Part shown: piece by piece, positions 9,211 to 18,339 of the stretch
How positions within the stretch are numbered: position 1 is the first letter of the stretch
Layout: every line of letters begins with the position of its first letter
IMG/VR virus record: IMGVR_UViG_2162886007_000107
Coordinates: 124,001-188,000 of that record
Direction: 5' to 3' (one strand)
Length of the DNA: 64,000 nt
Program-made: the position numbers and the translations under genes
Notes under the pieces: generated by a model
What the model was told of the DNA's origin: nothing
The model's database searches: none
What the model saw: the letters and a program-made list of their open reading frames with translations, nothing else

Positions 9211-10869
9211 ATGTATCCCTTATTGGCCAAGCGCATAAAAGAAGACTACCCCGCATTCAATCAGACCATCATGGATGGGTTTCATATGAGAGAATTCGAG
9301 GGGGCTTTGCGTTACTATGACAATGCGCTGAGGATTATTTTCAAGAGTATTGAAAAGCGAGGGGTATTTTTCATCCGAGTGGACCGGGTTAGTCCCCGCG
9401 AATATATCGAGTACGTCTCGCAGAGCAGTACAAAGATTTACGATATCCACAAGGAAACTATTTATCCTGTGAAGCTGGAGTTTCAGTACCAGGATAAATC
9501 GGGGGCCAGGATACCAATGTCGGCTTACACCATGTTGCCTTACTGTGATAAGTACGGTGATATCTGGTTACGTGGAGTTCACTACAGCTTGCAGATCGTG
9601 CTTGCTGAACAGGGACTTCCAGTCACAAAGGAAAACTCCTTGTTCGTCAAGGTCCTGGGATTCAAGTTCAAAATTGGTATCGAGCATTTCAACTTCGACT
9701 TTATCTTCAACGAGACTGGTCGGGTTACTACTCGTACTGAAAGTATCAACTTGGCTTGTAACCGTTTTTACAGTCCTACTGACTCCAGAAAAATTACCAG
9801 CAAGAACGTACCGATTCCTTTGTTGGCTTGGTATGTGTTTGCTGATATGGGCTTTAGCAAGGCCATGGATAAGTATGCTGAATGTGAGTATGAGGTTGGT
9901 CCAGTAGACGCACTCGTGGACGAGTGTAAGGCGTCTGAAGGCTGGTTAATCATCACACGATCAAGTAGTGCCAACAGTAAAGCGTTGGGTGACTACGTTC
10001 CATTGGATCTCGGGATTGCTGTACGTAATCGAAGCCGTAAGCGAGCGGCGCTGAGTACTCTGGGACTTCAGTATGTGACTGCTATGCAGTTTGTTATTGA
10101 TTGCATGTCGAGTTATTTTGACATCAGTCGTATTGACGATCCTGACTATTGGAAACTGTTGATCGGACGCACTTCTGTAAAGCAGGGCGATACCGACGAC
10201 TATGTCATGCGTTTGATGAATGATCACTTCGATTCGATCAATGATTACTTGGACGAGGATTCCATCAAGAAGTTTGCGTCGCAAAGCATCATGGCGGCAA
10301 ACATCTTCGATTTGTTCAACTTCATCATCAACAACCGTAGTGAGATTGTTCAGACTACTGACCGGGCAACCATGTTCCGTAAAGTGCTCTCCAGTCTTGA
10401 ATTCACGATGGACAAGTTGATTACAGCTGCGAACAACTTCAAGCACGATATAAAGAACAACTCTGAGTTGAGCCAGAAGAAAGTAAGTCGTTTCTTGAAC
10501 GGTCGTTTCCACATCAAGGAAATTGATAACGCACGTACCACTAACCTGATCCAAGAAGCCACTCCGACGGACGTGCCTTTTGTGGATTACATGTTGGGAT
10601 GTATACCCCAAGACAAAGTCTTTACGAGTTCTTCCAAGAACCGTAAGAAGGGGGACTTCGACGTGAATGATAGCGCCACGCACATTCACACCTCACAGCT
10701 GCTGATCAACAGTCACCTGCGAGTTTCGGGTCCTTGTCCAGACGGTCGAGGATGGTTACTCCCAAGTGTTTATCTTGTTGATGGTAAAGTAACTGCGCTT
10801 GATCCAAAGTACGCAGAGAAATATCAGCAGTGGGATAACCGCTTACGATATAGAGAAGAGAGAAAATGA
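9211..10869 (+). CDS. non-virion RNA polymerase beta-subunit, N-terminal part (phiKZ gp123-like)
   Basis: AGGAG RBS then ATG 9211 (MYPLLAK); MLPYCDKYGDIWLRGVHYSLQIVL resembles the RpoB motif 'lP.mT..GtFiinG.ervivsql'; canonical position two genes after the capsid. Confidence 0.75.
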   Translation: MYPLLAKRIKEDYPAFNQTIMDGFHMREFEGALRYYDNALRIIFKSIEKRGVFFIRVDRVSPREYIEYVSQSSTKIYDIHKETIYPVKLEFQYQDKSGARIPMSAYTMLPYCDKYGDIWLRGVHYSLQIVLAEQGLPVTKENSLFVKVLGFKFKIGIEHFNFDFIFNETGRVTTRTESINLACNRFYSPTDSRKITSKNVPIPLLAWYVFADMGFSKAMDKYAECEYEVGPVDALVDECKASEGWLIITRSSSANSKALGDYVPLDLGIAVRNRSRKRAALSTLGLQYVTAMQFVIDCMSSYFDISRIDDPDYWKLLIGRTSVKQGDTDDYVMRLMNDHFDSINDYLDEDSIKKFASQSIMAANIFDLFNFIINNRSEIVQTTDRATMFRKVLSSLEFTMDKLITAANNFKHDIKNNSELSQKKVSRFLNGRFHIKEIDNARTTNLIQEATPTDVPFVDYMLGCIPQDKVFTSSSKNRKKGDFDVNDSATHIHTSQLLINSHLRVSGPCPDGRGWLLPSVYLVDGKVTALDPKYAEKYQQWDNRLRYREERK

Positions 10870-13217
10870 CAGACTCCCTTATTCCACGCAGGAATAGTCT
10901 TGGAGCAGCCGGTGTTTCTGTAAATACCGGCGGTGGGCATCCGGGATTCGGGGCCACCAACGCACCAGGCACGCAACAACAATCGTTTACCACCCCAGGC
11001 GCCATGCTCAGGCAGTATCTGAGCGGCCAGGGTGGCGGTGGCGGCGCTACGTCGTCATTCAACTGGAAGTCACACAATGGCGGGTTAGAGTCTAGCGAAG
11101 CATTGGGCAAGATGCTCAATGGCGCAGAGGTCGATGATAAGTCCACGAAAGAGTACTACATCGACAAAGTGGCGCAGTTTATGTTCCACTTCTCTGACTC
11201 GATCATGCGTAACAAACACCAGACTTACTTCTATCAGCACTTCATTGAGGTGCGTGATAACTTCGTCGTAGACCAGCAGCTTCAAACTGTCTGTGCTGTG
11301 AAGAAGGATTTTGTTGAATCCATCATTAAGGTGCATGATTTCAAGCGCGTTGTGGGATTCAACGGATCGATCGTGTTCGGCTACATGCTGATTGATCAAC
11401 TGAAGAAAACTGGTGCTGACGACTGGACGGAGCGTGAGGTGCATTCTGCTTGCCAATTGGCAGTCAGTCACATTATGTCTTTCGAATTCGTCAACTGGTT
11501 AGTGAACACCAAGAAAGGTCGTACGTGGCATAACAGGCTACCGCCTAACGTAGATCGTTCGCTCGGCAATCTGGAGGGTTTGAAAGACCAGTTTGCTGAG
11601 ATGTGGGAAATGTTTGATGTTCCCTTTCCATATGCTAACTTGTCGTTCGCTAAGACGACCAGCGCGCCTATGGAGTATCACCGTGTATTTAACCCAAATG
11701 AATACGGCGATACATTCGGTCGGATCCCTGGGGATTATAACCCAGCGCCCCGCACTGATAATGACAGTGTACTTGCATTAGTAGCTCGAAATGCGCAATT
11801 ACGTAAACGGGTTGTCGAAGAACCCAGGCAAGACGTAGCCGCCGCTCAATACCAGGACATTTATAACGAGGTTGGAATAACTGTGAATACCATTCGCTAC
11901 GATTTCCCCAATATCAATCCGCAGAACATGGATCAATTCGATTGGCGCAAAGAGTTCCGCCCGATCGGTAAAGAAAACCACTACTGGGTCTGTGAAAGTT
12001 CCTGGCTGCACCTCCAGAAGCTTTTCCAACGCCACCCCGAGCAGCGTCAGGAAGAAGCCGTCGGTTCTGGCGTATTCCGCGTAATCGTCATCGATCTGGA
12101 TGGTGCTCGGTCGTGGAACTCCTTCACTGTCCGTAACGAGAAACTCACCGTGCAATATGTGATGAGCAATCCGGAACGACTGCTGCCTCTGCTGGAGAAG
12201 AGTCCAGACGAAGACGCGGTCTATGCTGTACAAGTGACGCCGGTAGAAATTGTCGACGTCAACAACAAGCTGGAAGTTCCAGTTGAAATGGTCAAGGAAC
12301 TGGGCGATGGTATCCCGGTCATTGCTGTAAACCAAACTTTGGTTGCCACCTCTACTCAAGAGCTGCTGACCAACGTTGACCTGACCACCATCAGCCTGAC
12401 CAAAAATCTGAAAGGCACCTCGGCCGTTTCATTCAACCTGGGTGAGTGGGATACCTACTCTCTGAAACCAGATCAGCAGAATGTCAAAGTCCGCATGCTC
12501 CAGGACCTGCCATTCTTGTTCAACGACTCTGGCGATAAAGGCAAGAACGTAAGTATGTATCAGGCTGGTCGTAAGCTGATCAACTACTTCAACGAAAACA
12601 TCCTGCCTGAAGGTCTGTCCAAGTTCATCAACGCTCGTCTGATGAACATTGTTAACGAATGGCTCGTTAACGAAATGGGTTACAACGTGCTGGCCAACAA
12701 AGGTGGTGGCGGTAAGCTGCAAATCTCCAACTTTGTGGGCGACCTGGAAGATCTCAACGGCTACCTGAAAGCCAAAGACCCAATGGCTTACGAACTGTTC
12801 CACGATGGTTCGAAAGACAACTACCTCACCAAGGGTCTGAAGGTTTTCTACTACAACAATCCATTCGGGGTAGACCCGGAAGAAATGGAAGCACTGGATC
12901 GTCTGAAGTCGGAAATCACCTTGTACGTTGTCCGCGACATCTTCATGGTGAACGTGGTTGGCGACAAAGGTCCGTTGTACTCCGAAGAAAATGCTCCTGT
13001 GTACATTCGTCGTAGTGTGTGGCCGGAAATCTTCCGGATGATCGAAGATGCTTTCGACAAGACCACCGAAAACAATTTCGACACCACTGACAAGGTGATT
13101 CGTTACGGTGAGTCGGGTAACTTGTGGCTGTTCAGTTACACCAACGAAGATCGCAACGTTGCAACTCTGCGTCACATCTCGAATGGTAAGCCTCTGGTTC
13201 TGATGGCTCAGAACTAA
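10866..13217 (+). CDS. conserved jumbo-phage hypothetical protein
   Basis: 783 aa, ATGA overlap with the RNAP gene, Gly-rich N-terminus. Confidence 0.8.
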   Translation: MTDSLIPRRNSLGAAGVSVNTGGGHPGFGATNAPGTQQQSFTTPGAMLRQYLSGQGGGGGATSSFNWKSHNGGLESSEALGKMLNGAEVDDKSTKEYYIDKVAQFMFHFSDSIMRNKHQTYFYQHFIEVRDNFVVDQQLQTVCAVKKDFVESIIKVHDFKRVVGFNGSIVFGYMLIDQLKKTGADDWTEREVHSACQLAVSHIMSFEFVNWLVNTKKGRTWHNRLPPNVDRSLGNLEGLKDQFAEMWEMFDVPFPYANLSFAKTTSAPMEYHRVFNPNEYGDTFGRIPGDYNPAPRTDNDSVLALVARNAQLRKRVVEEPRQDVAAAQYQDIYNEVGITVNTIRYDFPNINPQNMDQFDWRKEFRPIGKENHYWVCESSWLHLQKLFQRHPEQRQEEAVGSGVFRVIVIDLDGARSWNSFTVRNEKLTVQYVMSNPERLLPLLEKSPDEDAVYAVQVTPVEIVDVNNKLEVPVEMVKELGDGIPVIAVNQTLVATSTQELLTNVDLTTISLTKNLKGTSAVSFNLGEWDTYSLKPDQQNVKVRMLQDLPFLFNDSGDKGKNVSMYQAGRKLINYFNENILPEGLSKFINARLMNIVNEWLVNEMGYNVLANKGGGGKLQISNFVGDLEDLNGYLKAKDPMAYELFHDGSKDNYLTKGLKVFYYNNPFGVDPEEMEALDRLKSEITLYVVRDIFMVNVVGDKGPLYSEENAPVYIRRSVWPEIFRMIEDAFDKTTENNFDTTDKVIRYGESGNLWLFSYTNEDRNVATLRHISNGKPLVLMAQN

Positions 13218-13243
13218 GGCGAATTGACCCCAGGTTAATTCTG

Positions 13244-13290
13244 CTCCCTACCCCTTAAGTGGGGTAGGGAGTATTACCGTTCTTTTTTTT
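13244..13290 (+). terminator. intrinsic terminator (CCCTAC family)
   Basis: CTCCCTACCCC-TTAAGT-GGGGTAGGGAG, then a T8 run. Confidence 0.8.
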
Positions 13291-13292
13291 GC

Positions 13293-13325
13293 TTTAACTT
13301 CTGGGGGTTCTCAAGTCTATATTAC
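13293..13325 (+). promoter_or_regulatory. phiKZ-type early promoter
   Basis: TATATTAC at 13318-13325; full element TTTAACTTCT-N12-GTCTATATTAC is repeated at 51618. Confidence 0.7.
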
Positions 13326-13382
13326 TTGGGTAGAATGAATGACAGTAATCAATTTCCGATTACTAAATTTAGGAGATTTCAA

Positions 13383-13847
13383 ATGCTTGATTATACCGTC
13401 CAGCAGATCGCTCATGTTGATCGCGCCCTCTTGAAAAATAAGGGTAAGGCTTTTGACATGAATGACAAGCCTGTCACTATTGTGGTGACAGCTATTCTGA
13501 ACAAAGCTGAAGGAGAAGGCATTGTTGGATACTCGGCTGAGCGTCCTGGCAAGCTTCACTTCATCTATGTGGATGAATATAGTGTGCTTCGTTGGTCCGA
13601 GGTTGATACGGTCGATAACATCAACCTCGAAGGCCGTCCCAGCAATGACCTAGGAAACTTCTTTGCTGAACGTAATCGGATAACAGCCGATCAAGCGTTT
13701 GGCGCGAGTTTCTTGAGCCATGTAAAGCTGGTGACCAATGATGGTCGGTCATGGTCGGCAGGCGGTGTGTTTAAAATGGGAGAGTATGAAAAACTACTTG
13801 CCCAGATTAAACGCAAGGCTGATACTTGGCACCCTACTGCAACTTAA
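13383..13847 (+). CDS. hypothetical early protein
   Basis: AGGAG RBS then ATG 13383 (MLDYTV); in frame with track ORF 13326. Confidence 0.75.
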   Translation: MLDYTVQQIAHVDRALLKNKGKAFDMNDKPVTIVVTAILNKAEGEGIVGYSAERPGKLHFIYVDEYSVLRWSEVDTVDNINLEGRPSNDLGNFFAERNRITADQAFGASFLSHVKLVTNDGRSWSAGGVFKMGEYEKLLAQIKRKADTWHPTAT

Positions 13848-13927
13848 GTTAGTTGCAGTAGTCTCACCGTTAATATATTTACCCCAACTGCCATTCTGGC
13901 AAACAAATAGTTATTAGGAGATACACC

Positions 13928-14404
13928 ATGACTCAAGTAAACAATTTCGCTGCTCTGGTTGCTGCTGTTAATGCTACTGAAGGTAAAGTGATGGATGATC
14001 ATCGCGGCGCTGGCTGGATGACTGCTGGCGGCATTGCCAACCTGGTACGCGATGACAAAACCGTTCCGGTGCTGTTGCTCCGTGGCACCGCTTACTTCTC
14101 CCTGAACCTGCTGTACATCGGTGAGAATGGTGAAGCTCGTGTATCCCGTGACAGCGTCGGTGGCTGCGTGAAACTGCTGGGCGCTTCTCTGGAAGACGGC
14201 ATTCTGGCCTATAACGAAAGCCAGAAAGAAAACCTGTTCACCGCTTCTTTCCTGACCGACATCCATTTCCTGGTTGACGGCCAACTGGTTGCCAGCGACA
14301 TGGTAACTATGGAACAAGTTGTCGAAATGCAGACCGCAGCTAAAGCAGCTGCCGAAGCATGGAAGAAAGATTACGACGCACGCCAAGCAGCTAAAACTGC
14401 ATAA
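13928..14404 (+). CDS. hypothetical protein, highly expressed codon usage
   Basis: AGGAG RBS, 158 aa, Ala/Lys helical tail. Confidence 0.85.
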   Translation: MTQVNNFAALVAAVNATEGKVMDDHRGAGWMTAGGIANLVRDDKTVPVLLLRGTAYFSLNLLYIGENGEARVSRDSVGGCVKLLGASLEDGILAYNESQKENLFTASFLTDIHFLVDGQLVASDMVTMEQVVEMQTAAKAAAEAWKKDYDARQAAKTA

Positions 14405-14478
14405 GCTTTATGGGAAACCTAACAAACGGAATGGAAGGGCCAACCTCCAAACTGTTTGTTAGGCTACCCGCCAAATAT

Positions 14479-14508
14479 AAGAAAAGGCCTTAGGGTCTTT
14501 TCTTTTTT
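14479..14508 (+). terminator. intrinsic terminator
   Basis: AAGAAAAGGCC-TTAG-GGTCTTTTCTT followed by T run. Confidence 0.7.
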
Positions 14509-14557
14509 GTCTGGATACACCATCTTGTGGTATAACTCACTAATTGGAGAACACCGA

Positions 14558-15214
14558 ATGAGCCGATTGAACGATGGCGATCTGTTTCGTGACGAGATGA
14601 TCCGCCTGGATAAACTGATCAAAGAAAAACCAGAAGGGGAGTTCAAGAAGTTTCCAATTTTCTTCCCTCTGTCCGGCATCTATCTGCCTAAAGAAGGCAA
14701 TCCCGAAAAGACTGTTGTCCAAGTGGGTGCTGTCAGCGAAGCACTGAAGAATATTGAAAAGGAAGGTAACCGTCCGCAGGAGTTCATGAAGAACGTCCAT
14801 TGGAACCAACTCCTGTCACGTATCGCTACTTACCTGTGCGGCATTCTGGACGCAGAGCAACTCAAGGGCAAAGATCTCACCCAGGTCTATCTGTTCGTGG
14901 ACATCCCAGAAAACTCTGAGCTGATCAAAGAGCTGCGTGATTTCTACGTTAGCAAAGGTCGTACTCCGATCTACTGGGCAGTACTGACTCCTATCGATCC
15001 GGCTAAAAAGACGACGGTTGTTGAGCAGCCACCGGTTAAGGAAGAAAGCCCTGATGTTGAAGACGACGCCCTCGTTATCGGCAATGAAATGGTCCAAGTA
15101 CCAGAAGAACCAGTTGTCGAGCCAGAAGCTCCTGAGCCGGTGCCTGAAGAGCCTGCCGAAGAACTGGTAGCTGAGCAGGAAGAACAGACTGAAGAACCTC
15201 CAAAAGACGCATAA
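14558..15214 (+). CDS. hypothetical protein with acidic, Pro/Glu-rich C-terminus (probably virion)
   Basis: GGAG RBS then ATG 14558 (MSRLNDG); EP/EE-rich tail. Confidence 0.75.
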   Translation: MSRLNDGDLFRDEMIRLDKLIKEKPEGEFKKFPIFFPLSGIYLPKEGNPEKTVVQVGAVSEALKNIEKEGNRPQEFMKNVHWNQLLSRIATYLCGILDAEQLKGKDLTQVYLFVDIPENSELIKELRDFYVSKGRTPIYWAVLTPIDPAKKTTVVEQPPVKEESPDVEDDALVIGNEMVQVPEEPVVEPEAPEPVPEEPAEELVAEQEEQTEEPPKDA

Positions 15215-15225
15215 GCGGCCATAAA

Positions 15226-15254
15226 CCTACTACCTCCCATTGGGAGGTAGTAGG
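15226..15254. terminator. bidirectional terminator
   Basis: CCTACTACCTCCC-ATT-GGGAGGTAGTAGG between convergent genes. Confidence 0.8.
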
Positions 15255-15278
15255 GATAGGGTTTATTTCTTTTTTGCT

Positions 15279-18200
15279 TTAGAACGGGTTGTAATGAGGG
15301 GAACTCGGATCATTTTTACCAGCAGCTTTCTCTTCTGCGGTAGCCGTGTCTTCTTCCTCTTCCTGCCCGGTGGCCTCAGACTTTTCGCCTTCTTCCTTAG
15401 GACCGGCCTCATCCTCTAACTCATCCTTGACTTCTTCACCCTCTACGACTGGCTCATCTTCAGCCGATGGCAATGCACCGTCTTCCAAAGGAGGTTCGTC
15501 AACTAAAGGAGCGTTTTCGTCAACAGGAAGTTGAGTACCATCACTACCATCCAGACCATCTTCCAAGCCACCTTCTTCGCCTTCACCCAACAGCTTGAGG
15601 AGTTTCTTAACTTCCTTGCTATCTTTGAACGAACTTTCCGTTTCTTTGAGAGCAGTGAGGTATTGAACAAGGAACTCTTGAGCGTTGAGTTTCTGGTGAA
15701 CGATGCCTTGAACCAGGGAAGCAATACCGCCACCTTTACCATCGTTGACAATGTCGTCGAATGGCATCGGGATGTTGTAACGACGGAATGCTTCTGCCAA
15801 GAAGTAAGCTTTAACGTGAGCGGTGATTTCTTCTGGGCTAGCCAGAGTAGTCTGAAGACCAAGAGATGCAGCAACGTGCTTCATGGACTCTTGGGTAGAC
15901 GCGATCTCCATCCACTTAGCAACCAGCTGATCAATTGCATCCAGTTGGTTACGCAGCTTATCTGTGGTCTCAATACTGCTACGCTCAGGGAACGAGCAAT
16001 ACACAGCCGTCAAGAAGTCCGACAGGAGGGTTTTGATAATTACATCATCTTCACCTTCCAATGGAGTCTTACTATCAGTTTTCCACAGCTTCTTGTTATC
16101 ACGGATGCAGTTAGCCATTTCAGTAAGCACCGGAGCATTCACACGAATGTGCTTACGCTGGTGATCAGTGATTTGGATTGCCAGACTACTTTGCCAGTTG
16201 GCCGCCTGGTTACTTACCATCTCGTGTTCAGTAACTGCTTCAATCTTGAAGTTGTTACTGTCGTCCTGTACATCCAACCAGCTCCGTGGAGTGGAGAAGT
16301 AGTTGGAGATATCGTTCAGAACTTTGGTGCGACTTGCTTCATCAACCGGCTGGAAGAAGTTCTTCTCCATACGTTCCAGGCTAATCTCAGGCATTGCTAC
16401 CAGAGGGTTCTCACCTGGGTTAACCCGAACAGTAAGTGCCGAGTTACGCATGGACTCCACAATCATCGGAACAGATAGTTGAGCTGTGTTCATCAGACTG
16501 TGAATCTTCGGGTTCTGGTCAAAGAACGCAGCACGAGCAATTTCTGCCGTGTTGGTTGGATCGCCATCATCCTTACCGTGGGTAATAGTCATCAGCGTAT
16601 GAGGCTGAGCACGTTCCAGGTTAGCCAGGGTATCTGCAATGTCGAATGCAGCCAGACGAGCAATGTGCATTTTGGCCAACTGAGTAAGGGACTGACCAGT
16701 GCCCAAACGGTTGTACTTCAATGCAATGTAGGTAACTGCCTCACCTGGTACATAAAGGCAACGCACACCTTGACGACGGAAGATGCGAGAAAGCCAAATC
16801 TTGTTGGTCTCTTCGTCGAGAGTAATGCTGATGTTTTCAGCTTTGTCACTCAGGATAGAAGAAGTCCAGCGCTTGATCAAACTGGCCTCGGCCAGCTGAG
16901 CAAACTCAGACATGTCAAACTCACACTCCTTACCTTCCTGGATAGTCCGCAGGCTACTGATCAAACCGTTCTCACTACCGGACTTAGGCTTGTTAGCAAC
17001 ACCGCCTTTGGTCTTGGAGATCGATTGGTAATACTCGGGGTCAACAGTGTTCTTGAGGAACGTACCGTCTTCTGGGTCAACCAGGAAGATGTAGTCACAC
17101 TTGGCCTTGTTCTGCCCGTTGTAGTGAATTGGGATTACCGCCTCACTAGGAATGTGCCACACCAGACCACGACCATAAGGAGGAACCGACAAGGTGTCCA
17201 AAGGCTTAACGAACTGCATGGATTGGTGACGAATGTTGCGACTACGATAGATTTCGTAGGCTGCATCAATCACTGCCTTTTCATCCAGGTTCTCAGTGGT
17301 CGCTTCAGGACCAGCTGCCTTCTTCTGTTTCTTGTTGGTTTCGCCGTCTTTGATCGGATCACGACTGCGTTCTGGATCTTTACGACCAGCACCGCCTTTC
17401 ATGGAGGTGTCGACAATGAAGTCAAGATCTTCCACACCCATTACAGTGTTGATCGAACGAAGACGATCATTCTCTTTCAACTTAGGCTGGTACAAGCAGG
17501 CCGGGTTGTCAGTGAAGGTAATGTTGAAAAGGTTTTCCGAATCCAGGTCACCAAACAGGTTGAACTCCAGCTCGTCTTCAACAGCTCTGCTGGTGAACAA
17601 TTGCTCCAAACCACTAACACGACCATTGCTGACCTTCTTGGCATTAGGGTTACGAATCAGACCAAGGTTCTTCAGACGAACTTCTTTGTTGTCTACCAAA
17701 CCGTACTCATGACTCAGAGCATCAATCGCCTTACGACGATAGTCCTCGTAATTCTCGTTACCAGTCCGTTGGTGACGTGGGTCGATTTCACTACCATTGA
17801 TCAAGTAATCAAGACCAGGACGACTCAAGTTGAACAGGCAATAACTACCAGTGTTCCACAGGACATCGTTGATAATAGTGCTTAAATCCTGCTCGATCTT
17901 ATAGTTGTTGGTGAAGTATTCTTCCCAAATCTTGAGCAGTTCAGTGTGTAGCGCGGTATTCTTGAACTTGCTCGGAATCGTATCGTAAGTAAGAATCTTG
18001 TCCTGCTTCCCGTTGGGGTAGAGCAGGATCGTGTTCCAGATAAGCTCCGCCTTATCAATGTAAGGAGTAATCGCTCGAAGGTCAGTAACCGCATTGATGT
18101 TGTTACTGATAATGTCGCTGAGTCGCTGTAGCTTATACGGGTTAACTACGTCAGTCCCACCGATGTCTCCTTTGTCTGGAGTAACACCGTTACGAGGAAC

Positions 18201-18314
18201 TGCGTTACGCAAAGTGGCTTGCGCAAATGCGGGCAAGTTGCTGAAATCCTTTCGCACTTTGGTGTAATCTGCGCGATTATTGCCCAGCGTAGTCCCTCTT
18301 GATCTAAGAGTCAT
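15279..18314 (-). CDS. portal protein (phiKZ gp129 / SPN3US gp81-like)
   Basis: 1011 aa on the reverse strand, head-to-head with a baseplate gene, at the syntenic portal position; long acidic C-tail. Confidence 0.7.
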   Translation of the reverse strand: MTLRSRGTTLGNNRADYTKVRKDFSNLPAFAQATLRNAVPRNGVTPDKGDIGGTDVVNPYKLQRLSDIISNNINAVTDLRAITPYIDKAELIWNTILLYPNGKQDKILTYDTIPSKFKNTALHTELLKIWEEYFTNNYKIEQDLSTIINDVLWNTGSYCLFNLSRPGLDYLINGSEIDPRHQRTGNENYEDYRRKAIDALSHEYGLVDNKEVRLKNLGLIRNPNAKKVSNGRVSGLEQLFTSRAVEDELEFNLFGDLDSENLFNITFTDNPACLYQPKLKENDRLRSINTVMGVEDLDFIVDTSMKGGAGRKDPERSRDPIKDGETNKKQKKAAGPEATTENLDEKAVIDAAYEIYRSRNIRHQSMQFVKPLDTLSVPPYGRGLVWHIPSEAVIPIHYNGQNKAKCDYIFLVDPEDGTFLKNTVDPEYYQSISKTKGGVANKPKSGSENGLISSLRTIQEGKECEFDMSEFAQLAEASLIKRWTSSILSDKAENISITLDEETNKIWLSRIFRRQGVRCLYVPGEAVTYIALKYNRLGTGQSLTQLAKMHIARLAAFDIADTLANLERAQPHTLMTITHGKDDGDPTNTAEIARAAFFDQNPKIHSLMNTAQLSVPMIVESMRNSALTVRVNPGENPLVAMPEISLERMEKNFFQPVDEASRTKVLNDISNYFSTPRSWLDVQDDSNNFKIEAVTEHEMVSNQAANWQSSLAIQITDHQRKHIRVNAPVLTEMANCIRDNKKLWKTDSKTPLEGEDDVIIKTLLSDFLTAVYCSFPERSSIETTDKLRNQLDAIDQLVAKWMEIASTQESMKHVAASLGLQTTLASPEEITAHVKAYFLAEAFRRYNIPMPFDDIVNDGKGGGIASLVQGIVHQKLNAQEFLVQYLTALKETESSFKDSKEVKKLLKLLGEGEEGGLEDGLDGSDGTQLPVDENAPLVDEPPLEDGALPSAEDEPVVEGEEVKDELEDEAGPKEEGEKSEATGQEEEEDTATAEEKAAGKNDPSSPHYNPF

Positions 18315-18339
18315 ATGAATTCCTTCATTGGGTCAACTT

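Noticed and set aside
3499-10869. Inteins or introns in DnaB or the RNAP subunit
   Set aside because: Sizes are ordinary, with no C/S...HN-[CST] junctions or LAGLIDADG/HNH motifs seen.
15531-17885. Long plus-strand ORFs (315 and 468 aa) opposite the portal; similar shadows at 30178-31440 and 43805-44905
   Set aside because: Shadow frames with no RBS and unnatural composition.
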